In this document: positions 54,189 to 63,999 of the stretch, piece by piece
Position numbering within the stretch: position 1 is the first letter of the stretch
How the letters are laid out: every line of letters starts with the position of its first letter
From: a bacterium
GTDB taxonomy: Bacteria; JAAXHH01
Assembly (NCBI GenBank): GCA_965202605.1
Contig: OZ241838.1
Location: 815,817 to 879,816, forward strand
Direction: 5' to 3'
Length of the DNA stretch: 64,000 bases
The notes under the pieces: model-generated
Seen by the model: only the letters and a program-made list of their open reading frames with translations
What the model was told of the DNA's origin: nothing
Databases searched by the model: none
Program-made: the position numbers and the translations under genes

Positions 54189-55430
54189 TCAGGTCTGTCC
54201 CGGTTGGTCCGGTTCGCCTGGCTCGCCTGGCTCGCCTGGTTCGCCTGGTTCGCCTGGTTCGCCTACCCAGACCAGGATGACGAAGGATGCGGCGGCGGCC
54301 ATGACGCCGCAGGCCGCTCCGACGGAAGGGTATCCGAAGGCGACGTACAGCACCCCGCAAAGCGCCGTACCGCCGGCGATACCGAATTCCGCGACGGTGT
54401 TCTTGAGCGCGATCAGCGCGCCGCGTTCATCGTCCGTTGCCATGGCCGTGACGAGCGCCTGCAGCGGCGCGTGGCGAAAGGCCCCGGCGATGCCGGTGAG
54501 GATGAAGCCGGCGAAGACCACCGGCAACTGGCCGGTGATCCACGGGATTCCGGCCAGCAGAACCGCCATCGCCAGTCCGCTACTCACCACGATCCCCCGT
54601 TTCCCCACGCGGTCCGACAGGTATCCGGCCAAAGGGCTGCCCAGCAGCGCGCCCAGGCCGCTGAAGAGGAATACGATGCCGATCCAGTCGGTTGAAAGCC
54701 CGTAAGCATCCCGCAGCCAGGTCCCCACGAAGGTGATGAAACCGACCGTGGAAGCCGATACGAGAAACGACGCCGCGATTACCGCCAGGGGGCCGGTGCG
54801 CGCGAGGAACCGACCGTAGCCCTTTATCATGTCGGCCGCGGAAACGCCACGGACGGCAGGGACGCGGGCGGGTATGATGGCCAGCGCCGGGACCCACAGC
54901 AGCAACCCGGCCCCCGCGAAAGCGCAGAACGCCCACCGCCAGGACCACGCCTCCGCGACGAAGGCCCCTGCGGGCACGCCCAGGATCATGGCCGCGAAGT
55001 AGCCGGACATGACCATCCCCATGGCCGCGCCCCGCCGCCTGTAGGGAAAGTGGTCCCCGATACTGGCGGTTATGTTGAGTGATAGCGTCCCCGCGGCAGC
55101 GCCGGTTACCGCCCGGAATGCCACCAGCGAAGCATAGTTCCACGCCAGCCCGCACAGCAGGGTCGCAGCCGTAAAGAAGATCAGCGCCGCGATGAGCATT
55201 TTCCTACGTCCCGTCCTGTCCGACAGCGGTCCGAGCGCGAAGGAGACGGCTGCGGCGGCGATGGCGTACACCGAGACAAGCAGTCCGGCCTGACCGGCGC
55301 CCATGCCGAAGGCGGCCATGAGGTCGGGCAGGAGCGGGGAGATCATCTGGTTGTCGGCGACGGCCACGAACATGACGCCGAACAACACCACGATCAGGCG
55401 GTTGTTTCCTTCCCTGTTCGCCTCGGTCAT
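54189..55430 (-). CDS. MFS transporter with a C-terminal (GEP)6 low-complexity tail
   Basis: 12 TM segments are predicted, including an MFS motif A-like segment GPLSDRTGRRK. The last 25 residues are GEPGEPGEPGEPGEPGEPDQPGQT. Confidence 0.85.
   Translation of the reverse strand: MTEANREGNNRLIVVLFGVMFVAVADNQMISPLLPDLMAAFGMGAGQAGLLVSVYAIAAAAVSFALGPLSDRTGRRKMLIAALIFFTAATLLCGLAWNYASLVAFRAVTGAAAGTLSLNITASIGDHFPYRRRGAAMGMVMSGYFAAMILGVPAGAFVAEAWSWRWAFCAFAGAGLLLWVPALAIIPARVPAVRGVSAADMIKGYGRFLARTGPLAVIAASFLVSASTVGFITFVGTWLRDAYGLSTDWIGIVFLFSGLGALLGSPLAGYLSDRVGKRGIVVSSGLAMAVLLAGIPWITGQLPVVFAGFILTGIAGAFRHAPLQALVTAMATDDERGALIALKNTVAEFGIAGGTALCGVLYVAFGYPSVGAACGVMAAAASFVILVWVGEPGEPGEPGEPGEPGEPDQPGQT
54211..54264. 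repeat. Perfect 9-bp tandem repeat, 6 copies (GGYTCGCCT), encoding the (GEP)6 tail of the MFS transporter on the minus strand
   Basis: ggttcgcct, ggctcgcct, ggctcgcct, ggttcgcct, ggttcgcct and ggttcgcct follow in sequence. The motif is related to the CGCCTGG 9-mers at 44572. Confidence 0.85.
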
Positions 55431-55483
55431 ATGCAGTCCCCGCTAAAAGAACTACTCGTATGCAGTACCACGGCCGACGTGAA

Positions 55484-56896
55484 CTAATCGAAGGCGCCGC
55501 TGTGCATCCACGGTGTTTCGTGGTGCCAGGCGAGCGCCTGGTCCTGGAGTTCGGCCGCCAGCTCCGAGTCCCGGTCGGAGTCCCGCAGGTTGTTCATCTG
55601 GTAGGGATCGGTCCGCAGGTCGTAGAAACACGCCCGGTCGTCCAGAACGCGGCCCGTCTTTGGATCGATACGAATCCCGTACGTGTGGGTCGCAGTCCGC
55701 AGTCCGATCTCTCCTCTGCCCGTCTCTATGAAGACGCCTTCTTCTTCCGGTGCTTCTCCAGTCGAAATCGTCCCGGCGAGGTCCTTCCCCTGGACGTGGG
55801 CTGGGACAGAACCGCCGCAAAGGGAAAGCAGGGTGGGCATGACGTCGATGATCTGGGCCGTCGCGGTCGTACTGACCCGGGGTTTCAGACGGCTCGGAGC
55901 ATGAAAGATCAGCGGGATGCGGATGGACTCTTCGATGAGGCGGCCCTTGTTGAACAAGTGGTGGCTGCCGAGGTTGTCGCCGTGGTCGGAGAGGAAAACG
56001 ACGATGGTGTTTTCCGCGTGGCGGTACGCCCTGAGAAAATGCATGAGCCGGCCGACCATGTCGTCGACCCACGTCGTCACGCCGTAATACAGGGCGACCA
56101 GGCGCCGCAGATCGAATCCGGGCGGCAGCGTGCGCGTGAAAGGCAGGTGCTGTTCGTAGAAGAGAAAGTCCCACAGGTAGACCTTGAACCAGTGCTCGTC
56201 GTAAGGAAGCTGCCCGTCCCGGAAGACATTGGGCCGCAGGGGGATATCGTCGGGATCGTACATTTCCAGGTACGTTTCCGGCGCGTCCATCAAGGGCATG
56301 TGGGGTGGAGAGATGCTGTAGTACAGGAAAAAGGGCTTCTCCTGGTTTTCCCGATCTCTAAGGTAGCCCCCGACCTGGTCCGATTCGAAGCGGACGCTGA
56401 ATCCGTCCACCCGGAACTCCCCACCGTCGTTTTCCACGAATGCCTGTCCGCTGTGACGGTGGTGAACCCGTGGATACAGGCTGTAGTCGAATCCCAATGA
56501 CCCGGGCGCGGAATGAACGTGCCATTTCCCAATGAGCGCCGTATCGTATCCAAGGCTCCTGAACATTTCAGGCAGCGCGGGCGCGGGAAGGTGGGGACGG
56601 TCCGCCGCCGGATACTCGGGCATCGTCGTCGATCCATCCGTCTGCCGCTCCCCGTAGTTGCCCAGCATGCCCGTGCAGGTCCTGCTGTACTGGCCAGACA
56701 GGAGACAGGATCTCGCGGGCATGCAGACGGGGTTGTTGCTCACCGCCGTTTCGAATCGGACGCCTTCCGTCGCCAGGCGGTCCAGGTGGGGCGTCCGGAC
56801 GACCTCGTTTCCGTAGCATCCCGTCTCGAACGCGCGCAACTGGTCGCAGATGCAGAGCACGACATTAGGCCGGGGCTGACCCGCGTGATCGACCAA
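55484..56896 (-). CDS. Sulfatase (formylglycine-dependent; CMPAR motif)
   Basis: VLCICDQLR and CMPARSCLLSG (CxPxR) are sulfatase motifs. The product is 470 aa. Confidence 0.9.
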   Translation of the reverse strand: MVDHAGQPRPNVVLCICDQLRAFETGCYGNEVVRTPHLDRLATEGVRFETAVSNNPVCMPARSCLLSGQYSRTCTGMLGNYGERQTDGSTTMPEYPAADRPHLPAPALPEMFRSLGYDTALIGKWHVHSAPGSLGFDYSLYPRVHHRHSGQAFVENDGGEFRVDGFSVRFESDQVGGYLRDRENQEKPFFLYYSISPPHMPLMDAPETYLEMYDPDDIPLRPNVFRDGQLPYDEHWFKVYLWDFLFYEQHLPFTRTLPPGFDLRRLVALYYGVTTWVDDMVGRLMHFLRAYRHAENTIVVFLSDHGDNLGSHHLFNKGRLIEESIRIPLIFHAPSRLKPRVSTTATAQIIDVMPTLLSLCGGSVPAHVQGKDLAGTISTGEAPEEEGVFIETGRGEIGLRTATHTYGIRIDPKTGRVLDDRACFYDLRTDPYQMNNLRDSDRDSELAAELQDQALAWHHETPWMHSGAFD

Positions 56897-56918
56897 GGTG
56901 ACCTCCGGTGACGTGGGA

Positions 56919-57659
56919 CTAGAGCAGGAGCCTTGCGGCCATGACGATCAGAACGGCATTCAGGACGATCCGGATCAGTCGTTCACCCCGCTTGACGGTG
57001 AAATGGGCGCCGATCCATCCACCGATCGTGGTGCCGACGGCGAGGCTGGCCCCTGCGAGCCAGAGCACCTGGCCCCTGTCCGCGAAGATGGCCAGCGCCA
57101 CCAGGGTATATATGCCCACGATGAAGACCTTGTAGGCATTCACGCGGACGAGGTCGAGGCCGACGACACGGTAGAGCACCGCCATGAGGAAGAACCCGAC
57201 GCCGGCCTGGATGAACCCGCCGTAGAACCCTACGGCGACCATCAGGATGTGTCCCAGGACCAGTCTCTTCGGCTTTTCAGTTACCTCGGCGTCTCGCTGC
57301 TTCCTGCTCATCAGGATCAGCAGTGCGATCATCAGGCCGCCGAGTATACGATTGAACAGTTCGCCGCTGACCTGGGTCCCGAGGTACGCCCCCATCGCCG
57401 CCCCCGGCACAGCGCAGAGCGCCAGGGTAAGCATCGTGCGTATCTCCGAATATCCCTTCCTGAAGAAACTGGTGACGGCGGACGCGTTCTGGGCGACGAT
57501 GGCCACGCGGTTGGTGCCGTTGGCCACGTTGCCGGGCAGACCCATGAAGATGAGGACGGGGAGGGCCAGCAGCGACCCCCCGCCCGCCATGACGTTCAGG
57601 AATCCTGAAAGGACGCCCACGCCGGCGAGCAGGAACAACTGCCAGAGTTCGAATTCCAT
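56919..57659 (-). CDS. TauE/SafE (TSUP, DUF81) family sulfite/anion exporter
   Basis: The 246-aa polytopic product contains GGGSLLALPVLIFMGLP, the TSUP signature. Confidence 0.9.
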   Translation of the reverse strand: MEFELWQLFLLAGVGVLSGFLNVMAGGGSLLALPVLIFMGLPGNVANGTNRVAIVAQNASAVTSFFRKGYSEIRTMLTLALCAVPGAAMGAYLGTQVSGELFNRILGGLMIALLILMSRKQRDAEVTEKPKRLVLGHILMVAVGFYGGFIQAGVGFFLMAVLYRVVGLDLVRVNAYKVFIVGIYTLVALAIFADRGQVLWLAGASLAVGTTIGGWIGAHFTVKRGERLIRIVLNAVLIVMAARLLL

Positions 57660-57665
57660 GAACGG

Positions 57666-58685
57666 TTACCCTGGCGTCGGGGCGTCTTCACGTATCAGCC
57701 CGTCCGATTTCAACTCCGCCCAGAGGTCCACTGGTATGGGATGCTGGTAATGGGATACGTTCGATTCGACGTACTCGGGCCTGATCGCGCCGGGGATGAC
57801 GGATGCGACCGCCGGGTGAAACAGCGGAAACTGCAGCGCGGCCGCGGCCAGGGGCACGCCGTGCCGCTCGCACGCGGCCTGGATGCGCCGGGTCTTCTCC
57901 ATGATCTCGGGCGTCGCGGGCATGTACCCGTAGGTCGCGTTTTCCGTGGGACCGGTAACCAGGATCCCCGAGGCGAAGACGGCGCCGATCACGATGCCGA
58001 TCCCGTCTTCCACGCACCGGGGCAGTTCCAGGTCGAGGGCGTCCTGGTCCAGCAGCGTGTAGGGCATGGCCACGATGAAGAAGTCCAGCGGCATCAGCTC
58101 CAGGAAGCGCAGCATCATGCCGGTCTTGTTCAGGCCGGCGCCCACGCCCTTGATGTCGCCCGAGGCCTTGAGTTCCGCCAGCGCGCGCCAGCCGCTGGTG
58201 AACAGCTGATGGAGATAGGCCTGGATCTGGGCCTCGTTGTGGTAGAAGGGATCCAGGTCGTGAATCAGCAGCAGGTCGACCCGGTGTATCCCGAAGCGGA
58301 TGAGGCTGTCTTCGTAGGACCGCATGATACCATCGTAGCTGTAGTCGTACGTGTGATCGAAGGGCAGTCCACCGCACCAGAACCCCTTTTCGAAGTTCTT
58401 CAGGTCCCGCGTGGCCTTGAAGACGCGGCCGACCTTGGTGGAAACCACGTAGGAACCATGGCTCTTCTGTCGCAGAAACTCGCCCATCCGCAGTTCGCTC
58501 TTTCCGTAGCCGTACCACGGCGACGTGTCGTAGTAGCGTATACCCTCTCTCCAGGCAGTTCGCAGCGTGGCGCGCGACTTTGCGTCCGTGACGGGCTGGA
58601 ACAGGTCGCCCAGGGGCGCACCGCCGTAGCCAAGTTCAGTGACGTGGGCGCCCGTGGTTCCCAGTTGTCTCGTGGCAATAGGCAT
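57666..58685 (-). CDS. Aldo/keto reductase (pyridoxal 4-dehydrogenase / D-threo-aldose dehydrogenase-like)
   Basis: LGYGGAPLG and DTSPWYGYGKSE are AKR segments. The start was taken at the internal Met MPIATRQLG. Confidence 0.85.
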   Translation of the reverse strand: MPIATRQLGTTGAHVTELGYGGAPLGDLFQPVTDAKSRATLRTAWREGIRYYDTSPWYGYGKSELRMGEFLRQKSHGSYVVSTKVGRVFKATRDLKNFEKGFWCGGLPFDHTYDYSYDGIMRSYEDSLIRFGIHRVDLLLIHDLDPFYHNEAQIQAYLHQLFTSGWRALAELKASGDIKGVGAGLNKTGMMLRFLELMPLDFFIVAMPYTLLDQDALDLELPRCVEDGIGIVIGAVFASGILVTGPTENATYGYMPATPEIMEKTRRIQAACERHGVPLAAAALQFPLFHPAVASVIPGAIRPEYVESNVSHYQHPIPVDLWAELKSDGLIREDAPTPG

Positions 58686-58907
58686 GTTGTTTTCCTTTCT
58701 GTGGAATCCACCCTTCGGCCTCCGCTTACCCTCGAAGCCGGAGGCGGTCACATCTTACTCGGAACCTGTATAGAGTAAATGCCCGGGGGCATCGTGTCAC
58801 CTGTTTTGTGGGGGCCGATCCGGGATGAAACGATTGACAGTCCCGCTGGATTTCCGTAAGATTACCTGCGACTTCATTATATCATCCACCCTGCAGTACA
58901 AGGGATC

Positions 58908-60770
58908 GTGCAGTTGTTCCGACTCGATCAGCCCGCGTCCATTCTGCGAAGGGCGACGCGTCCTGTTGCGTTACTGCCCGTACTCGGGGCGGCCGTCTTG
59001 CTGGCCAGTCTTTCCACCCTCGCGTTGCAGGATGGCACTGCTGCCGATGGCGCTAAGACGGAAGCCGGGGAGACGAAGGGCGGAGCGGCAGAAGCCGGAG
59101 GGACGGAACGGTACATAAACTCCTTCGGCGTCACGCTGCCCTCCGACGCCGCGCCGCCGGCGCTGCAGGTCCTCACCCAGTTCTCTCCCGACAACCGGTA
59201 CCTCGACCGGGGTACGTCCACCTATAAGCAGGCATGGGGCGTGGGCCTTGTGGCCGAACCGCTCGTCCGCGTGGACCGGGATTTCAACCTGCTTCCGGCG
59301 GGCGCCACTTCCTGGGCGTTGTCCGAGGACGGGCTGACCTGGACCTACGAGATCAGGGAGGGGATGATCTTCGCCGACGGCCATCCCCTGACGGCCCGCG
59401 ACTACGAGGCCACCTTCCGCCGCTGGGCGAATCCCGAGACCGGCTTCGACTTCGAGTGGTACTTCCGGGCTATCAGGAACTGGACCGACGTGGTAGGCGG
59501 ACGCCTTCCGCTTGATTCCCTCGGGGTCAAGGCCCACGATGATTACACCGTCTCGTTCACGACGGATCGTCCCACCCCCTATCTACCGCTTCTGCTGGCC
59601 AAGAGCTGGGTATCTCCAACCCACCTGTTCGACAAGTACGGTCCCGAATGGGCGACACGGCCCGAAACGCATTTCGGCAGCGGACCCTACCGCCTGGTCG
59701 AATGGATCAAGGGCGACCGCATCGTGCTCGGAATCAACCATAACTACCGGGGTCCCATCAAGCCCATGCTGGAGCGCGTCGTGGCCAGGCTGTACAACCT
59801 CGCCGTACCACCCCAGTTCCTTTCGGCGTACGAAGCCGGCGAGGTAGACTACGTCCCCTTGACCAACCAGGCCGAGATCAACCGGATCAAGGCGGACCCG
59901 GCCTTGCGCGAACAACTCAATGCCTACACCGATTTCGCCACGTACTACCTGATGCTGGACACCTACAACCCACCCTTCGACGACGTGCGCATCCGCAAGG
60001 CCTTCGCCCATGCCATCGATGTAGACGCCATCATGAAATCGGCCATGCGGGACGTGGGCATCCCGGCTTCTTCCATGCTGCCTCCCGGGTTTCCGGGTTC
60101 CAACTCGGAGGAACTGGCCCCGCTGCAGCGGTTCGATCCCGAACTGGCGCGCCGCTATCTCGCCGAGGCCGGCTATCCCGGCGGCCGTGGGTTTCCCGAG
60201 GTGAACATCTGGCTGCGCGGAGAAGCCGCCAACATCCGGACGGCCGCGGAGGCGGTGCAGGCCATGCTGAATCAGCACCTGGGGCTGGACGTTGGCGTTC
60301 GCAACGTGGAGCGCAAGGTCTATCTGGATGCCATGAGCGCCCGGGAACTGACCCTGGGCATGGTCCCCTACCAGTATGATTTTATCGACGCGGGCAACCT
60401 GCTGACCATCTGGCTGTCCAACGGACGCCACGCCTGGCACAACGATCGCTTCGAGCACCTCGTGCGGCAGGCCAATGAACTGGTGGGCGATCCCGATCGG
60501 CGCATGGCCATGTACAGGGACGCCGAGCGGATCCTGGTCGACGAGGCCGGGGGCATATTCCTGTGGTACATCCGGATCAACCAGATGTGGAAGCCCTTCA
60601 TCCGGGGAGACGCCCTGGAACCCAACCAGTGGGGCTATCGGGCCTGGCGGGGCGAACTCATGTCCAACCTGCAGACCGAACTTTACATTACGAAGGACAT
60701 CCTGAAGGATCCCACGAAAAACAGACCGGAGCCCTTCCGGTTCTGGCAGTGGCTGAGGGGTGAGGGTTAG
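58908..60770 (+). CDS. ABC transporter substrate-binding protein, family 5 (peptide/nickel/opine type)
   Basis: A signal peptide is present. The 620-aa product has the SBP_bac_5 layout with LRKAFAHAIDVDAI and WLSNG segments. Confidence 0.9.
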   Translation: MQLFRLDQPASILRRATRPVALLPVLGAAVLLASLSTLALQDGTAADGAKTEAGETKGGAAEAGGTERYINSFGVTLPSDAAPPALQVLTQFSPDNRYLDRGTSTYKQAWGVGLVAEPLVRVDRDFNLLPAGATSWALSEDGLTWTYEIREGMIFADGHPLTARDYEATFRRWANPETGFDFEWYFRAIRNWTDVVGGRLPLDSLGVKAHDDYTVSFTTDRPTPYLPLLLAKSWVSPTHLFDKYGPEWATRPETHFGSGPYRLVEWIKGDRIVLGINHNYRGPIKPMLERVVARLYNLAVPPQFLSAYEAGEVDYVPLTNQAEINRIKADPALREQLNAYTDFATYYLMLDTYNPPFDDVRIRKAFAHAIDVDAIMKSAMRDVGIPASSMLPPGFPGSNSEELAPLQRFDPELARRYLAEAGYPGGRGFPEVNIWLRGEAANIRTAAEAVQAMLNQHLGLDVGVRNVERKVYLDAMSARELTLGMVPYQYDFIDAGNLLTIWLSNGRHAWHNDRFEHLVRQANELVGDPDRRMAMYRDAERILVDEAGGIFLWYIRINQMWKPFIRGDALEPNQWGYRAWRGELMSNLQTELYITKDILKDPTKNRPEPFRFWQWLRGEG

Positions 60771-60789
60771 GCCGCATGATCCGGCGGGA

Positions 60790-61641
60790 TCAGCCGATCC
60801 CCAGTATCCCGCCCGCGTCCCTGTGTATCATCGCTTCCATTTCCTCTTCGTCCAAACGGGGCAGGGCCGTGCCATCGAGCATGGCGTTCAGCCCGCGCAG
60901 GTCGCGGAGCGTGTCATCCACCGTCGTGACCGGGTAATCGGTGCCGAAGAGGAGCTTGTTCCATACCCCGTATTCCTGGACGAGCATGAGACTGTGATAG
61001 AACTGGAAGGGACGATAGTGCAGCCCCGAAATATCGGAGTACACGTTGGGGTGCTTGCGGATCACCGCCACGGTTTCCCCTTCGTAGGGGTGGCCGAGGT
61101 GGGCCATGATGATCCTGCAGTCGGGGAACTTGATGGCGACCGCGTCCAGGTGCCGGGGCAGGGTGCAGTCCAGCGGCGCCTGGTCCACGAACGTGGTGCC
61201 GGTATGCGGCAGCACGGGGAGTTCGTTTTCAGCCGCGTAGCGCCACAGGTCGTCGAGTTCGGGGTCCTGGGGATAGAACCCGGCGTACATGGGCAGCAGC
61301 TTGATGCCCCGCATGCCCAGGTGTTCCCCGCCTTCGACCATCTCGTCTCGCCATCCGTCCTGGGTGGGGTCCAGCGACATGAAGGGAATCGTCTGATCGG
61401 GATACGCCGCGCAGTACGCCGCCACGTAGCTGTCGGGCGTCCACAGCCCCGACAGCCGGGCCTTCCCGCCGAAGACCACGGTCTTCACGGGCTGTCCCGC
61501 GGTCTGTGCCGAGGACAGATATCCCGCGTACTCCGGCGTCAAGTCCAGTTCGTACCCCCGCATGCGTATGGCCTGTTCCCGGAAGGTGTCGTCGAAGTGG
61601 TCGGGGTACCTCCAGGCGTGCGAGTGCACGTCGTAGATCAT
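60790..61641 (-). CDS. Amidohydrolase-2 family metal-dependent TIM-barrel hydrolase
   Basis: IYDVHSHAW is the N-terminal metal ligand. The C-terminal segment is HLGHPY...GTDYP. Confidence 0.85.
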   Translation of the reverse strand: MIYDVHSHAWRYPDHFDDTFREQAIRMRGYELDLTPEYAGYLSSAQTAGQPVKTVVFGGKARLSGLWTPDSYVAAYCAAYPDQTIPFMSLDPTQDGWRDEMVEGGEHLGMRGIKLLPMYAGFYPQDPELDDLWRYAAENELPVLPHTGTTFVDQAPLDCTLPRHLDAVAIKFPDCRIIMAHLGHPYEGETVAVIRKHPNVYSDISGLHYRPFQFYHSLMLVQEYGVWNKLLFGTDYPVTTVDDTLRDLRGLNAMLDGTALPRLDEEEMEAMIHRDAGGILGIG

Positions 61642-61662
61642 CAGAAATCCTCCTTATACTGT

Positions 61663-62898
61663 TCAACGATGGCCGTCATACCGCCTCAGCGCGGGAGACC
61701 GCCAGGCGATGAGGCCGACGGCCGCGAGGCATCCGATCCCGCCCGTGATGACCGAAAACGGCGCGCCGGCAAGTCCCGCCACCAGTCCGGCTTCGGCTTC
61801 ACCGAGCCGTGGCCCTCCCATGACGAACATCATGTTCACCGAAGTCATGCGGCCGCGCAGTTCGTCCGGGGTCGACAACTGCATGATGGTATGCCGCAGC
61901 ACCATGCTTACCGTGTCGAAGGCGCCGGTCAGGAAGAGCGCCGCGAAGGTGAGCCAGAAGCTGCTCGATACGCCGAAAACCACGGTGGCCAGCGCGTAAC
62001 AGGCCACCGCCTTGAACAGGAGCCGGCCCTGGCCCGAAATTACGGGGAAAGTAGACATCACCGCGCCGGTCAGCACCGCGCCGATCGCCGGGGCCGCCGA
62101 GAGCAGGCCGTATCCCCGTTCCCCCACCCCCAGCACTTCCGTGGCGAAGATGGGCAGCAGCGACGTGGCGGAAGCGAAGAATGTGGCCGTAAAATCAAGG
62201 ATCATGGCCGAACGGATAATGGGCGAACGCCTGATGAAACGGAGTCCGTCGAGGGCAGCGGCGAAGCTCACCCGCGTAACGCCTCCGGCGCTTCTGTGTC
62301 CCGTACGCATCATCAGAATCGGAATGATCATGAAGACAAAGGAAACCGTATTGATCCAGTAGACGGCCGCGATGGAACCCGCCGCCAGGATCAGTCCGGC
62401 AACGCCCGGTCCGGTGACGGAGGCTACATGGGAGGCGGTGATATTGATGCTCATGGCGTTGGCAAGATGGCGCCGGGCCACCAGGTTGGGTACCATGGCA
62501 TTCTTGGCGGGGTTGCTAAAGCAGCCGATCCCCGCGCTGATGGCGGTGATCACGTACAAAGCGGTGGCGGTATCCTGTTCGGACCAGGTGATCCATGCCA
62601 GCGTCGTGCTGATCAGGGCGAGGCCGCACTGTGCGATGAGCAGTACGCGGCGACGATCATGGGTGTCTGCGATGACCCCGGCGAGCGGGGATAGGACAAC
62701 GATGGGTATGAGTCTTATAACCGCCATCGCGCCAAGGGCGTAGGCGGATTCGGTCAACTGGTACATATGCCAGAGGACGGCCGTCTGCTGCATGCGGGAT
62801 CCGGTGAGCGAAACGACCTGGCCGGACCACAGGAGCCGGAAATCGCGGTACTGGAGTGCGGGGAACCGGTCTCGGACCGCTTGGAGGGGCAGGGACAT
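61663..62898 (-). CDS. MFS transporter (EntS / MFS_3-like)
   Basis: 12 TM segments are predicted. DFRLLWSGQVVSLTGSRMQ is an MFS_3-type N-terminus. The start was taken at MSLPLQ. Confidence 0.85.
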   Translation of the reverse strand: MSLPLQAVRDRFPALQYRDFRLLWSGQVVSLTGSRMQQTAVLWHMYQLTESAYALGAMAVIRLIPIVVLSPLAGVIADTHDRRRVLLIAQCGLALISTTLAWITWSEQDTATALYVITAISAGIGCFSNPAKNAMVPNLVARRHLANAMSINITASHVASVTGPGVAGLILAAGSIAAVYWINTVSFVFMIIPILMMRTGHRSAGGVTRVSFAAALDGLRFIRRSPIIRSAMILDFTATFFASATSLLPIFATEVLGVGERGYGLLSAAPAIGAVLTGAVMSTFPVISGQGRLLFKAVACYALATVVFGVSSSFWLTFAALFLTGAFDTVSMVLRHTIMQLSTPDELRGRMTSVNMMFVMGGPRLGEAEAGLVAGLAGAPFSVITGGIGCLAAVGLIAWRSPALRRYDGHR

Positions 62899-63129
62899 GA
62901 CACAGGTGAAGATACCCCGCCTGCGGGTACTGTCAAGATGCTCGTCCGGGTCGGCATGCAGGGACAATGGACTTGACACCCTTTCACCGTACCGGATATC
63001 ATGCGTCTGTGCAGGTCCGAGCTTTTACCGCGCAATGGCCGTGCCTGCATGAACCGTTCCCTCGCCGGCAACGGGCTCGATAGCATCGGAATCCACGGTA
63101 TCTTGCACTTACCCGAGCGGAGTGCATCC

Positions 63130-63999
63130 ATGCTGTACATCAAGGAAGATGAAGCAGGCCGTTTACTGTCCATGGACGACGCGCTACGCGCCGTTGAAGC
63201 GGCGTTCCGCGAGCTTGGTACTGGAACGGCGGTCAACATTCCCCGTTCCAGGGTGCGGCTGCCGGGCCATACCCTCCACGTGATGTCCGGCGGCATATCG
63301 GAGTTGAACCTTACCGGGCTGAAGGCGTACACGACCACGCGGCACGGCGCAAAGTTCGTTGTGTTGCTGTTCGACGCGGACACGGGCGATCCGGTGGCCG
63401 CGATTGAGGCCGACCGGCTCGGACAGATACGCACGGGCGCGGCGAGCGGCGTGGCGACGAAGTACATGGCACGGGAAGACGCGGCCGTCGTGGGGGTGAT
63501 CGGTACGGGTTGGCAGGCTCGAAGCCAGCTCGCGGCGGTCTGCGGGGTACGCGAGGTGACGCATGTAAAGGCCTTCGGGCGGGACCGGACGCGAAAGGAG
63601 GCGTATTGCCGCGATATGAGCGAGGCCCTGGGCGTTCCGGTCCAGCCTGCCGATTCCGCCCGGTCTTGCGTTGAAGATGCGGATGTCGTGATTACGGTCA
63701 CCAATTCCGCGCAACCGGTCCTGGAAGGCGCCTGGCTGGCGGCGGGTACCCACGTGAACGCAGCCGGATCGAATGCGCTCGTACGCAGCGAAATCGATAT
63801 GGAGACGGTCAGGCGGGCCAGGGTGGTCGCCGTCGATTCGAGGGAGCAGGCGAGACTGGAATGCGGAGACCTGCTCGAGCCGGTAGAGAAAGGGCTACTT
63901 CACTGGGACCGCGTTCATGAACTGGCCGACGTGGTTGCCGGCCATGTGGCCGGGCGCATCGACCCGGCCGACATAACGATCTTCGAATCCCAGGGGTTG
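63130..63999 (+). CDS. Ornithine cyclodeaminase / mu-crystallin family protein (3' end beyond the window)
   Basis: VIGTGWQARSQL is the Rossmann segment, with OCD_Mu_crystallin-like context. The reading frame stays open to the window end and the ORF track does not list this ORF. Confidence 0.85.
   Translation, partial: MLYIKEDEAGRLLSMDDALRAVEAAFRELGTGTAVNIPRSRVRLPGHTLHVMSGGISELNLTGLKAYTTTRHGAKFVVLLFDADTGDPVAAIEADRLGQIRTGAASGVATKYMAREDAAVVGVIGTGWQARSQLAAVCGVREVTHVKAFGRDRTRKEAYCRDMSEALGVPVQPADSARSCVEDADVVITVTNSAQPVLEGAWLAAGTHVNAAGSNALVRSEIDMETVRRARVVAVDSREQARLECGDLLEPVEKGLLHWDRVHELADVVAGHVAGRIDPADITIFESQGL

Noticed and set aside
62754-63704. 316-aa minus-strand ORF overlapping the ornithine cyclodeaminase gene
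   Set aside because: It is antisense to a gene with clear OCD/mu-crystallin motifs. Its Ser/Arg/Pro-rich composition is an artefact.
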